Source of the DNA: Balanoglossus misakiensis
Lineage: Eukaryota > Animalia > Hemichordata
DNA: 64,000 nucleotides
NCBI GenBank assembly: GCA_040954595.2
Contig: CM082576.2
Coordinates: 17,903,028-17,967,027 of the forward strand
Direction of reading: 5' to 3'
Shown here: one piece after another, positions 54,005 to 64,000 of the stretch
Position numbering within the stretch: position 1 is the stretch's first letter
Layout: each line of letters opens with the position of its first letter
Position numbers and translations under genes: made by a program
The notes under the pieces: model-generated
The model's input: the letters and a program-made list of their open reading frames with translations, nothing else
Databases searched by the model: none
Told to the model about the DNA's origin: nothing

Positions 54005-54846
54005 GGGACCGTTCAGTTTTTACGGCTGGGGGGGGGGGGGGGGGTTGGCAAGTTTGTGTCATCGGTTTTCAAAAATCAGGCCAACCCCCCCCCCCTTCTC
54101 CCAGGACCAAAAAAACGACGACCCCCCCCCCCCCTTGACAGGCCTAACAATATGATGACCCCCCCCCCTCTCCGAAAACATTCGCCGTCATGATCCTATG
54201 TACACTGTATGCAATAAAGGGAATGAGGCTCCTCAACACGTCAATTATAATTTTCTTAAAGTAATTGAAGTATATAATAGTATATCGTTGCAATAAAGAA
54301 ATCTATGAATAAATTAAAATGACAAGTCAATACAATAGTTGGTAGGATTGGTAAAACAAGAAAAGTGTCGGGGTTGGGCGTGGGAGGGGGTGTCCCCCTC
54401 CCACATAAGAAAATTATGTAAAATACGGTGCTCAAAGTTGCATTTTAATGAACTCAAAAGCAAATTAACTCAATGTTAGGGAGGAAATTTTTTTTAATTT
54501 TGCCACTCCACTCAAAGTAAGCATCGGGGATGGGGTGGCAAGAAGCCTGCCCTGGTACACTAGACAAACCAGCGAATAAATGCAATGTGGTGAAGAATGG
54601 AGGGGGTGTCCCCCTCCCACATAATAATTTTTTTTGTAAAATACGGTGATCAAAGTTGCATTTTAACGAACTCAAAGGCATATTAACTCAATGTTGGCGA
54701 GGACAAATTTTAATGTTGACACTCCACTCAAAGTAAGCATCGGTGGGGTGGGGTGGCAAGTAGTCTGCCCTGGTACACTAGACAAACCAGCCAATAAATG
54801 AAATGTGGCGAAGAATGAAGGGGGTGGGTTCGGGAGGGGGTGTCCC
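54005..54846. mobile_element. Harbinger MITE copy 3, right end missing
   Basis: TAA|GGGACCGTTCAGTTTTTACGGC; colinear with copy 1; internal ~220-bp unit repeated (GAGGGGG(G)TGTCCCC at ~54384, 54600, 54834). Confidence 0.88.
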
Positions 54847-55271
54847 CAATCTGATTAAAATCAGATGTAGGGAACGGCGACGTGGTTTTTTTTATGCTGT
54901 CGCCTCACACTACATCTGACCAACTCTCACTGGAGCTCCCGTTGAAATCGACGGGATTTACTGGGCGAATAAACCAATCAGAAGGCGCCTTATAGCAAAC
55001 GATAGGCATCCCACAATCACATGACCTAGCCCCTTGGGTTGTTACCATGGAGCCACCACAATCTGATTAAAATCAGATGTAGGGAACGGCGACTTGTTTT
55101 TTTATGCTGTCGCCTCACACTACATCTGACCAACTCTCAATGGAGATCCCGCTGAACTCTACGAGATTTACTGGGAATATAAACCAATCAGAAGGCGCCT
55201 TATAGCAAATGATAGGCAACCCACAATCACATGACCTGGCCCCTTGCGGTTGTTACCATGGAGCTACCACA
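54847..55271. repeat. Two tandem 212-bp units
   Basis: CAATCTGATTAAAATCAGATGTAGGGAACGGCGAC at 54847 and 55059. Confidence 0.93.
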
Positions 55272-55519
55272 GACATATATCCCGGGCGCGAGAGTCGAAT
55301 CAGCGTGGGGAATGGTTTCGAGCCAGTTCAGCGTGACGACTGAACCTCTATATTCCACCGGTCAACGAAATGTATAAGACGTGACAACAAGTCGCAGTAA
55401 AATTGTTAGACAATCGATTAAATTTGTGTAAGGCCGTCCCAGGGAGAGATTCTGTCGCCACGATCGTTTGTATACACCAGCAGAGTGTACCGACCGACTG
55501 CACAGTGCACTGACTTGAC

Positions 55520-55762
55520 TAGCTCTGCGTGCAGGTCTGTGTGTTCCCGGCGTTACATGGACGTTAGAAGAAGTTAAACGCATCATATTTGGGGTCGGTT
55601 GAAGTAGTAAGGGAAAGGATTTTACTTCGATAAAAACGAATTTCGACAGAAAAAGCTGCGGTCGGGCGTCCGGGTCCGGACCGCAGGCGCACCAGTTTTG
55701 TCTATGGGGCCTTATGCAGGGCTGTGGTGCGTCGGGAACACACAGACCTGAACGCGGAGCTA
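55520..55762. mobile_element. MITE with 9-bp TSD (Mutator/MULE-like)
   Basis: TGACTTGAC|TAGCTCTGCGTGCAGGTCTGTGTGTTCCCG ... CGGGAACACACAGACCTGAACGCGGAGCTA|TGACTTGAC. Confidence 0.88.
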
Positions 55763-56264
55763 TGACTTGACATTCCTTAGCTGAAGTTAGTGTTCTTTTT
55801 AAAAATCTGTCACATAAATTGTTTTGGGATACATGGCAGTGAAATTTGGTTTATTTTTTATAAACTTTTACATGAAGTACGTCATTTTCCCCGACTGGCA
55901 GCATGACTACGAGGGCGAACATGACGACTTGTTAGGAGAGCGCCAGGCTTATAAATTCCGGCAAACATTATTTGGGCGATACCATTTTGTGGTAGGTATC
56001 ACTACACGCCAGTCATGCAAACATGCACTGACTGGCCTTCGGATTACTACTACGGTCTCACTTGTTGCAAAAATCGAACGGTTTTAGCCGGTAAACACAG
56101 ATGGATTAACTCTTAAATCTATCCTGCGCCCAAACGCGCTCCAGTCGGTTTAGTCATTGTTTATGCAAAAGGAAATGCAAAATGTAGCAGAAGCTTCATA
56201 TAACATAATATAGAATACACAAACAGACAGACAAATAAACAAGCAAACAAACAAACAAAAGTTA

Positions 56265-56520
56265 GGGACTGTTCAGATTTAACTTCCAGGGTGGGGCCGG
56301 AGGATTTTTTATTTTCCTGGTGATTGTTTTTTCCATGGACGTACCCCAGTAAATTGTGGAGGAAATCTGTTGTACCCCTTAAATTTCCTGGGGTTTTTCC
56401 ATGGTCCCCCCAAAAGGATTGTGATTTTTATGTCTATTCCTCCCTAAATTGTTCTTGGAGAAAATGGGCGGTCCCTCCTGAAAATCCTCCGCCCCCCGGA
56501 AGTAAATCCCGAACAGTCCC
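56265..56520. mobile_element. Harbinger-type MITE, second family
   Basis: TTA|GGGACTGTTCAGATTTAACTTCC ... GGAAGTAAATCCCGAACAGTCCC; right TSD not preserved. Confidence 0.75.
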
Positions 56521-57587
56521 AGCTAGCACCCTTGCTTCACTGCCAGAGGAGCGACAGCATCAACAAAATGCAGATACACAAGAAATAAGCAGTATATTCC
56601 ACAAGTGAAGAATCCCAGTTACAGACGTTACGAACAAACAAACTACCAACAACAAAGCTGGTCTCTGTTACCCATTCGCCTTTGCAAAGGCATCTGGGTA
56701 ACCAAGACTACAACAAAGCAAGAAAAGGGTCAAGCGTCGTCAAAGAAAACGTAAAAAATCCAGCATGGGTGGTAAAAGTTATTGGTATAAAACGAATAGG
56801 GCCTTCTAGAAATGACGTCTCAGACCCGCAAATGCCACCAGAACACAAAACGTATGTACAGTATAAGCCGGTTGTTGTATGGAGCAGCAATAATCTGCGG
56901 TTGGGCCGTCGTAGATTTTCGTTGGTGGTGAAAATAAAATAAAAAACGCGATCAAGGCTCAATTTTATTCCGGATCACATGCGGTTACGGCCAGAAGAGA
57001 GCATCAAAGTCTTCAAATGACCATGTGGTGGCGCACTTTTTTCGATTGGCTGTATTTCAATTTGTCCGTGGTAAATTTAATTTTTGCAGGTGACTGGCAC
57101 GGAAACTCTTAGCAAGGTTGAGGTAGGATGAAAAAATGCCCCATTGACTCATTTTGGCTATTTTAAAATATGCAGTTTCATGGGGATGGACTACTCGACT
57201 ATCCCAGAGGGGTCTGGAAAATTGAGACTAGGGTGGACTTTTTACCAGGTGTCTCCGTAAAATAGACTTTTATTTCATATCCCAAAAATGAGGTGGTGTT
57301 CTCACCTGCTTTTCCCCCGACGATTTTTTCATGTCTTCTTGAGATCAAAACACTACATGAAACACTACATATACATTTTGTGAGTTGTCTTTTTTCGTTT
57401 TATGTTGGCATTAATTCAATCAGAATTTTTAATTCCTGTATTGTAAAAAGCTTGGGTTTTATGTTTCAGTTGCAGAGTGCTTAAATTTGGACAATATGCT
57501 CGACTTGCGTGGCAATTCTGCAAATATATTTGAATTATTCTTTGGGATCCCCATCTATATTGTTTAATGCAATGAGTTGCGACCGTC

Positions 57588-59228
57588 ATTGGTTTGGACA
57601 TGAGTTTGTTGTTTGCTGTTTGGTTGGTCATGGAGCAACAGTCATGGAGCAACACGTAACATTGCCTGGGGTGTTCAATTCTGTAAATGGCATGAGATAG
57701 TTGCATGTACCCGAGTCTAGTGAAACATCGTTTTTGGCGATGTGGATTTCATTATTGCGTGACTGTGCGGTGGGTCTCGATTCGTTCCTGTCAGACAGCC
57801 CAACAAGGACATACGCTTGACGTGCCTTAAAGGTATACGGTAACCTATGCAAATTTAGCTACAGTTACCATGGCAAATTGAGATACAGCCAATCACAAAT
57901 ATTCAGGAGGTGGCACACGCGACAATAAGAGCGCCACCATTTGTTCTTTAGAACACTAGGATACGCAAGTTTAGCCATTTATGGACATATGCAAATTGGA
58001 GGGGATCGTGTATTAAGTTGTAGACTTTGTCCGACATCGTCCGGTCATCACGGCTGAAATACTCCCATTGCGCATTGCTTATAGATATTTTAGGTCGACC
58101 CCGGTGTAGTCTACTCCAATAGAAATGAAGAAAGTAAATATAAGATTACCGCCCGAAGTCTCAAACGTGAAAGCTATTTCAGTGGCACTACAGTGGATAA
58201 ACATTTAATCCGTGTATACTTCATGAAACTGAATCAGATAACTTTTATTCAAACCAAATAAATGAAACATATGAAGAGAGGCCTATCTTGATTAAACACA
58301 TAAATCTGATATTTTATCATATTAGGTAACTCAATATTTTACACTTGACGTATTTTACCAATAACACAATGTTTCAGCGAACCCGTCAGAAGCAACTTTA
58401 GCAGAATACATTTCCTTGATTTACGTTACATGGTTTAATTCGAGAGACATTTCTCAATAAAATCAAAAGTCACAGTTCATATTTTTTATAGAAACGGTCC
58501 AATTTGTCGAGTGCGCACTGACAAGACATGCATCGTGCATAGACCACTACGCGGATAGGGTATCTGCAATGCATGATGGTATAATTTGCGTTCAACATAG
58601 CGTCTACTGCATGGCTAACGCACGCGCTCAGAACGCAAACTATCCCACAACACCCTGTGTTATGCTATCCGCGAAGTGGTCCATGGCAGTGACAACAATT
58701 CCTATAGAGCAGTTAAGAAATAAACCGGCCGGCCGTAAATTCATTGGCTGTATTTTTTGTATTTATTTGATTTGAAAGGTCGCGTTTTCCCTGTTGCATG
58801 CGATTAGTTCAGGGCCAGTTTCAGCAGTGCTCTATTGAGTACTTTCGTATCGATGGATTGAGCTCTCGTCCAATCAGAATGGCGGATGGTAGCATGATCT
58901 GACATATTGCGTATTGCAATAGGCCTTCCCCAGATAGGTCAGAACGGAGAGGTCATTCCCCTGAGCTTCTTTGTCTTTTCTATTATTTTTTGACAAATGC
59001 GGATTGACGTTCCGTTTCTACATGGCCATGACTGATATTTATTTACGTTTCATAGCGTAAGCGCTTGCTATTCGTTTCGTAATTGTTTTCGTAGTACAAA
59101 CAAATTGAAGAAGACGAAATATATTATCTATGTCCCTAATGAGATAATCGGGGTTACATAATCGCACTTCCAAAGAACGCCGTGACAGAATTCATCAGTT
59201 GGCGAGGCGCATTCTCCACCCGCACACA
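57588..59228. repeat. First unit of a probable ~1.64-kb tandem duplication
   Basis: 57588-58372 matches 59229-59283 plus 63276-64000, with a few substitutions and one 5-bp indel; the second unit runs off the window. Confidence 0.9.
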
Positions 59229-59319
59229 ATTGGTTTGGACATGAGTTTGTTGTTTGCTGTTTGGTTGGTCATGGAGCAACAGTAGTAGTATAGGTTGGAG
59301 CCGTAGCACTCGGATTTGG

Positions 59320-59530
59320 GGAGGAGGAGCTGAGGAGGAGCTGAGGAGGAGGAGCTGAGGAGGAGGCGGAGGAGCTGAGGAGGAGCTGAGGAGGAGCTGA
59401 GGAGGAGGAGCTGAGGAGGAGGCGGAGGAGGAGGAGGCGGAGGAGGAGGAGGAGGAGGAGGAAGAGGAGGAGGAGCTGAGGAGGAGCTGAGGAGGAAGAG
59501 GAGGAGGAGGAGCTGAGGAGGAGGAGGAGG
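59320..59530. repeat. Purine-rich GAG / CTGAGGAGGAG array in the left arm (mirror ~63001-63233)
   Basis: Directly visible; source of the poly-S/P/L ORFs. Confidence 0.95.
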
Positions 59531-59920
59531 CAGACATGGTCCCCTAAGTTGGTGGAAAATTGAGATATGGCTAAGTATATATGGAACGTGCTTTGATTGG
59601 TGGACTTTCTGCAAAGCATGATGTTGGGAGGAGGCAGAGGAGGCAGTGGAGGTGATGAGAGGCGAAGGAGGCCTATCACCCATGAGGTAGACAACCCTAA
59701 ATGTTGGGAGGAGGCAGAGGAGGCGATGAGAGGCGGAGGTGTATCACCCCCTAAGGTAAGGAACCCTAAATGTTGGGAGGAGGCGGAGGCAGGTATTTCC
59801 GGCTGGTCCGATCTCTTCATTTGTATACCATACCATGATTATCGAAGTGCGCCATCTACCGATTGATACCATTTATTCTTTCGGTACACTATTTCACGAC
59901 ATTGTATTCTGTTGACTACA

Positions 59921-61219
59921 ATGAGCTGGGACAGTTCTCCCGAGTTTTCGGCCAGTCAGTGGCAGGAAATTTTAAGTCTTGAGCGTGGGAATGCGAGGGA
60001 AGAAACCGAACATAGCCAGGTAAGTTTTTCATGTAAAATAAATGTTATCGTAGTCACTCGATCGCGCACAGTGTAATTCGCGCCCTGTGTATGGAACTGT
60101 CGTCTGCGTCATGTCCGAATTGACATTGACGTGGATTTCTCCACCAAAATACGCCAATGAATTGAAATCATAAACTAAAATATGTTAGAAATTTTAAATT
60201 AAATTTACGGGTGTAAATTAAATTGGTATAAACATGTTAAAAAACAGCTCCTGTATGAAAGGTGGATATTTCACTGTATGTTGTCGATTGATATGCCGGC
60301 CGGGGTCGTACATACAGTACACAGGTAAAGCACATAGTGTCGCTCTGTTCAACACACTCTGGCATCGAAATATGTTCGATTCAGGTTTACAAAATCTCCG
60401 ACTCATCGTTAATGAAAGGTTTAATAACCCAATGTGTTTGTATATTCTTATTAAATGCTAGATCAATGTCAACATTCAAAAAAAAAAAAAAAAATTTGCC
60501 TCAAAACGATCGTGGGTGAACATCCGCGCACTACTCGTAGTGTCGCTGGGCCAGTATACACGGCACTGTTACGCACGGATTCCAATTAACACGCCTTTGT
60601 TATTTAAATCAGCACATCGTCACAATGTTACTATATTGTTCCCCATTCATTCCTCATGTAGGACACTCACGTGTATGACGCGTGCCTGTTTGCCAGATGG
60701 GTTAAATTTCATCACACATTAGCAGTTAAAAGTGAGATGTTTTCTGTACTTGATGGTCGTGTTTAACCTTATACACACGTATGCGTTTCCTTGTAATAGG
60801 ATCAGCATGAACTCGCTGCAGGGAGTGAGTCACAGCATCACAATTTGATTGCACCGCATCCAAACGTAATCGGGTAAGTTTTACCTTTCTTTCTTTCTTT
60901 CTTTCTTTAGAACAATTAATTTAATAGAAACGAAGAATATTTGTACTTTTTTTTCTTCTTATCTATCATTTTCGTTTAATAGGGACACCGGGGAAGAAGA
61001 AATGGAAAGACAGGATACGGGTGCCTCATCATCCCCGCATCCAAACGTAATCGGGTAAGTTTTACCTTTCTTTCTTTAGAACAATTAATTTAATAGAAAC
61101 GAAGAATATTTGTACTTTTTTCTTCTTCTTATCTATCATTTTCGTTTAATAGGGACACCGGGGAAGAAGAAATGGAAAGACAGGATACGGGTGCCTCATC
61201 ATCCAAGAGATATAGGTAA
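59921..61219 (+). CDS. Predicted 4-exon ORF, ~103 aa, acidic/Ser-rich (exons 59921-60019, 60800-60873, 60983-61054, 61153-61219)
   Basis: ATG 59921; donors CAG|GTAAGT and CGG|GTAAGT (twice); acceptors TTTCCTTGTAATAG| and TTTTCGTTTAATAG| (twice); all phases compatible; TAA at 61217-61219. Confidence 0.6.
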
Positions 61220-61310
61220 AATGATTATTATTGAACTTCACCGCCCTTACAATGTATGAATGTATGTACATGCATGCATGTATGATGATACAGTTATGTT
61301 TGTAATCATT

Positions 61311-62610
61311 TTACCTATATCTCTTGGATGATGAGGCACCCGTATCCTGTCTTTCCATTTCTTCTTCCCCGGTGTCCCTATTAAACGAAAATGATAGATA
61401 AGAAGAAGAAAAAAGTACAAATATTCTTCGTTTCTATTAAATTAATTGTTCTAAAGAAAGAAAGGTAAAACTTACCCGATTACGTTTGGATGCGGGGATG
61501 ATGAGGCACCCGTATCCTGTCTTTCCATTTCTTCTTCCCCGGTGTCCCTATTAAACGAAAATGATAGATAAGAAGAAAAAAAAGTACAAATATTCTTCGT
61601 TTCTATTAAATTAATTGTTCTAAAGAAAGAAAGAAAGAAAGAAAGGTAAAACTTACCCGATTACGTTTGGATGCGGTGCAATCAAATTGTGATGCTGTGA
61701 CTCACTCCCTGCAGCGAGTTCATGCTGATCCTATTACAAGGAAACGCATACGTGTGTATAAGGTTAAACACGACCATCAAGTACAGAAAACATCTCACTT
61801 TTAACTGCTAATGTGTGATGAAATTTAACCCATCTGGCAAACAGGCACGCGTCATACACGTGAGTGTCCTACATGAGGAATGAATGGGGAACAATATAGT
61901 AACATTGTGACGATGTGCTGATTTAAATAACAAAGGCGTGTTAATTGGAATCCGTGCGTAACAGTGCCGTGTATACTGGCCCAGCGACACTACGAGTAGT
62001 GCGCGGATGTTCACCCACGATCGTTTTGAGGCAAATTTTTTTTTTTTTTTTTTGAATGTTGACATTGATCTAGCATTTAATAAGAATATACAAACACATT
62101 GGGTTATTAAACCTTTCATTAACGATGAGTCGGAGATTTTGTAAACCTGAATCGAACATATTTCGATGCCAGAGTGTGTTGAACAGAGCGACACTATGTG
62201 CTTTACCTGTGTACTGTATGTACGACCCCGGCCGGCATATCAATCGACAACATACAGTGAAATATCCACCTTTCATACAGGAGCTGTTTTTTAACATGTT
62301 TATACCAATTTAATTTACACCCGTAAATTTAATTTAAAATTTCTAACATATTTTAGTTTATGATTTCAATTCATTGGCGTATTTTGGTGGAGAAATCCAC
62401 GTCAATGTCAATTCGGACATGACGCAGACGACAGTTCCATACACAGGGCGCGAATTACACTGTGCGCGATCGAGTGACTACGATAACATTTATTTTACAT
62501 GAAAAACTTACCTGGCTATGTTCGGTTTCTTCCCTCGCATTCCCACGCTCAAGACTTAAAATTTCCTGCCACTGACTGGCCGAAAACTCGGGAGAACTGT
62601 CCCAGCTCAT
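61311..62610 (-). CDS. Mirror copy of the 4-exon ORF in the right arm (exons 62610-62512, 61730-61657, 61547-61476, 61377-61311)
   Basis: Reverse complement of the left-arm model. Confidence 0.6.
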
Positions 62611-64000
62611 TGTAGTCAACAGAATACAATGTCGTGAAATAGTGTACCGAAAGAATAAATGGTATCAATCGGTAGATGGCGCACTTCGATAATCATGGTA
62701 TGGTATACAAATGAAGAGATCGGACCAGCCGGAAATACCTGCCTCCGCCTCCTCCCAACATTTAGGGTTCCTTACCTTAGGGGGTGATACACCTCCGCCT
62801 CTCATCGCCTCCTCTGCCTCCTCCCAACATTTAGGGTTGTCTACCTCATGGGTGATAGGCCTCCTTCGCCTCTCATCACCTCCACTGCCTCCTCTGCCTC
62901 CTCCCAACATCATGCTTTGCAGAAAGTCCACCAATCAAAGCACGTTCCATATATACTTAGCCATATCTCAATTTTCCACCAACTTAGGGGACCATGTCTG
63001 CCTCCTCCTCCTCCTCAGCTCCTCCTCCTCCTCTTCCTCCTCAGCTCCTCCTCAGCTCCTCCTCCTCTTCCTCCTCCTCCTCCTCCTCCTCCGCCTCCTC
63101 CTCCTCCGCCTCCTCCTCAGCTCCTCCTCCTCAGCTCCTCCTCAGCTCCTCCTCAGCTCCTCCTCAGCTCCTCCGCCTCCTCCTCAGCTCCTCCTCCTCA
63201 GCTCCTCCTCAGCTCCTCCTCAGCTCCTCCTCCCCAAATCCGAGTGCTACGGCTCCAACCTATACTACTAACAGTCATGGAGCAACACGTAACATTGCCT
63301 GGGGTGTTCAATTCTGTAAATGCCATTAGATAGTTGCATGTACCCGAGTCTAGTGAAACATCGTTTTTGGCGATGTGGATTTCATTATTGCGTGACTGTG
63401 GGTCTCGATTCGTTCCTGTCAGACAGCCCAACAAGGACATACGCTTGACGTGCCTTAAAGGTATACGGTAACCTATGCAAATTTAGCTACTGTTACCATG
63501 GCAAATTGAGATACAGCCAATCACAGATATTCAGGAGGTGGCACACGCGACAATAAGAGCGCCACCATTTGTTCTTTAGAACACTAGGATACGCAAGTTT
63601 AGCCATTTATGGACATATGCAAATTGGAGGGGATCGTGTATTAAGTTGTAGACTTTGTCCGACATCGTCCGGTCATCACGGCTGAAATACTCCCTTTGCG
63701 CATTGCTTATAGATATTTTAGGTCGACCCCGGTGTAGTCTACTCCAATAGAAATGAAGAAAGTAAATATAAGATTACCGCCCGAAGTCTCAAACGTGAAA
63801 GCCATTTCAGTGGCACTACAGTGGATAAACATTTAATCCGTGTATACTTCATGAAACTGAATCAGATAACTTTTATTCATACAAAATAAATGAAACATAT
63901 GAAGAGAGGCCTATCTTGATTAAACACATAAATCTGATATTTTATCATATTAGGTAACTCAATATTTTACACTTGACGTATTTTACCAATAACACAATGT

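Larger units (their letters stand above)
59284..63269. mobile_element. 3986-bp palindromic non-autonomous element with Polinton/Maverick-type ends
   Basis: AACAGT|AGTAGTATAGG ... CCTATACTACT|AACAGT; arms 59284-61227 and 61303-63269; 75-bp spacer; empty site at 57637-57642. Confidence 0.85.

Noticed and set aside
59154-59866. Poly-Ser/Pro/Leu ORFs and their mirrors at 62665-63333
   Set aside because: Translations of the GAG-rich subterminal array, open in several frames at once
59284-63269. Palindrome as a library or assembly fold-back artefact
   Set aside because: Clean TSD, colinear flanks matching an empty paralogous site, a 75-bp spacer and arm length differences argue against it; read-level confirmation is still needed

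Overview
AT-rich, repeat-dense eukaryotic genomic DNA. The repeat repertoire and GT-AG introns suggest a marine invertebrate (inference). I found no prokaryotic genes, rRNA, tRNA or CRISPR arrays, and most ORF-track entries are spurious. Contents: (i) a spliced + strand gene for an unrecognised, partly coiled-coil-like protein (exons ~8134/8543-26908) whose last exon is amplified as an in-frame 87-bp tandem array; (ii) many DNA-transposon derivatives: PIF/Harbinger-, Kolobok-, MULE- and Tc1-type MITEs, Helentron-like elements, a decayed Tc1 transposase and hairpin elements, several nested; (iii) decayed L2-like, Rex1/Babar-like and RTE-like LINEs; (iv) the standout, a 3986-bp almost perfectly palindromic element at 59284-63269. 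It has AGTAGT...ACTACT termini and a 6-bp target-site duplication (Polinton/Maverick hallmarks), and its empty target site is visible in a duplicated copy 1.6 kb upstream. Each arm carries a convergent 4-exon, ~103-codon spliced ORF. All alignments and counts were done by eye.
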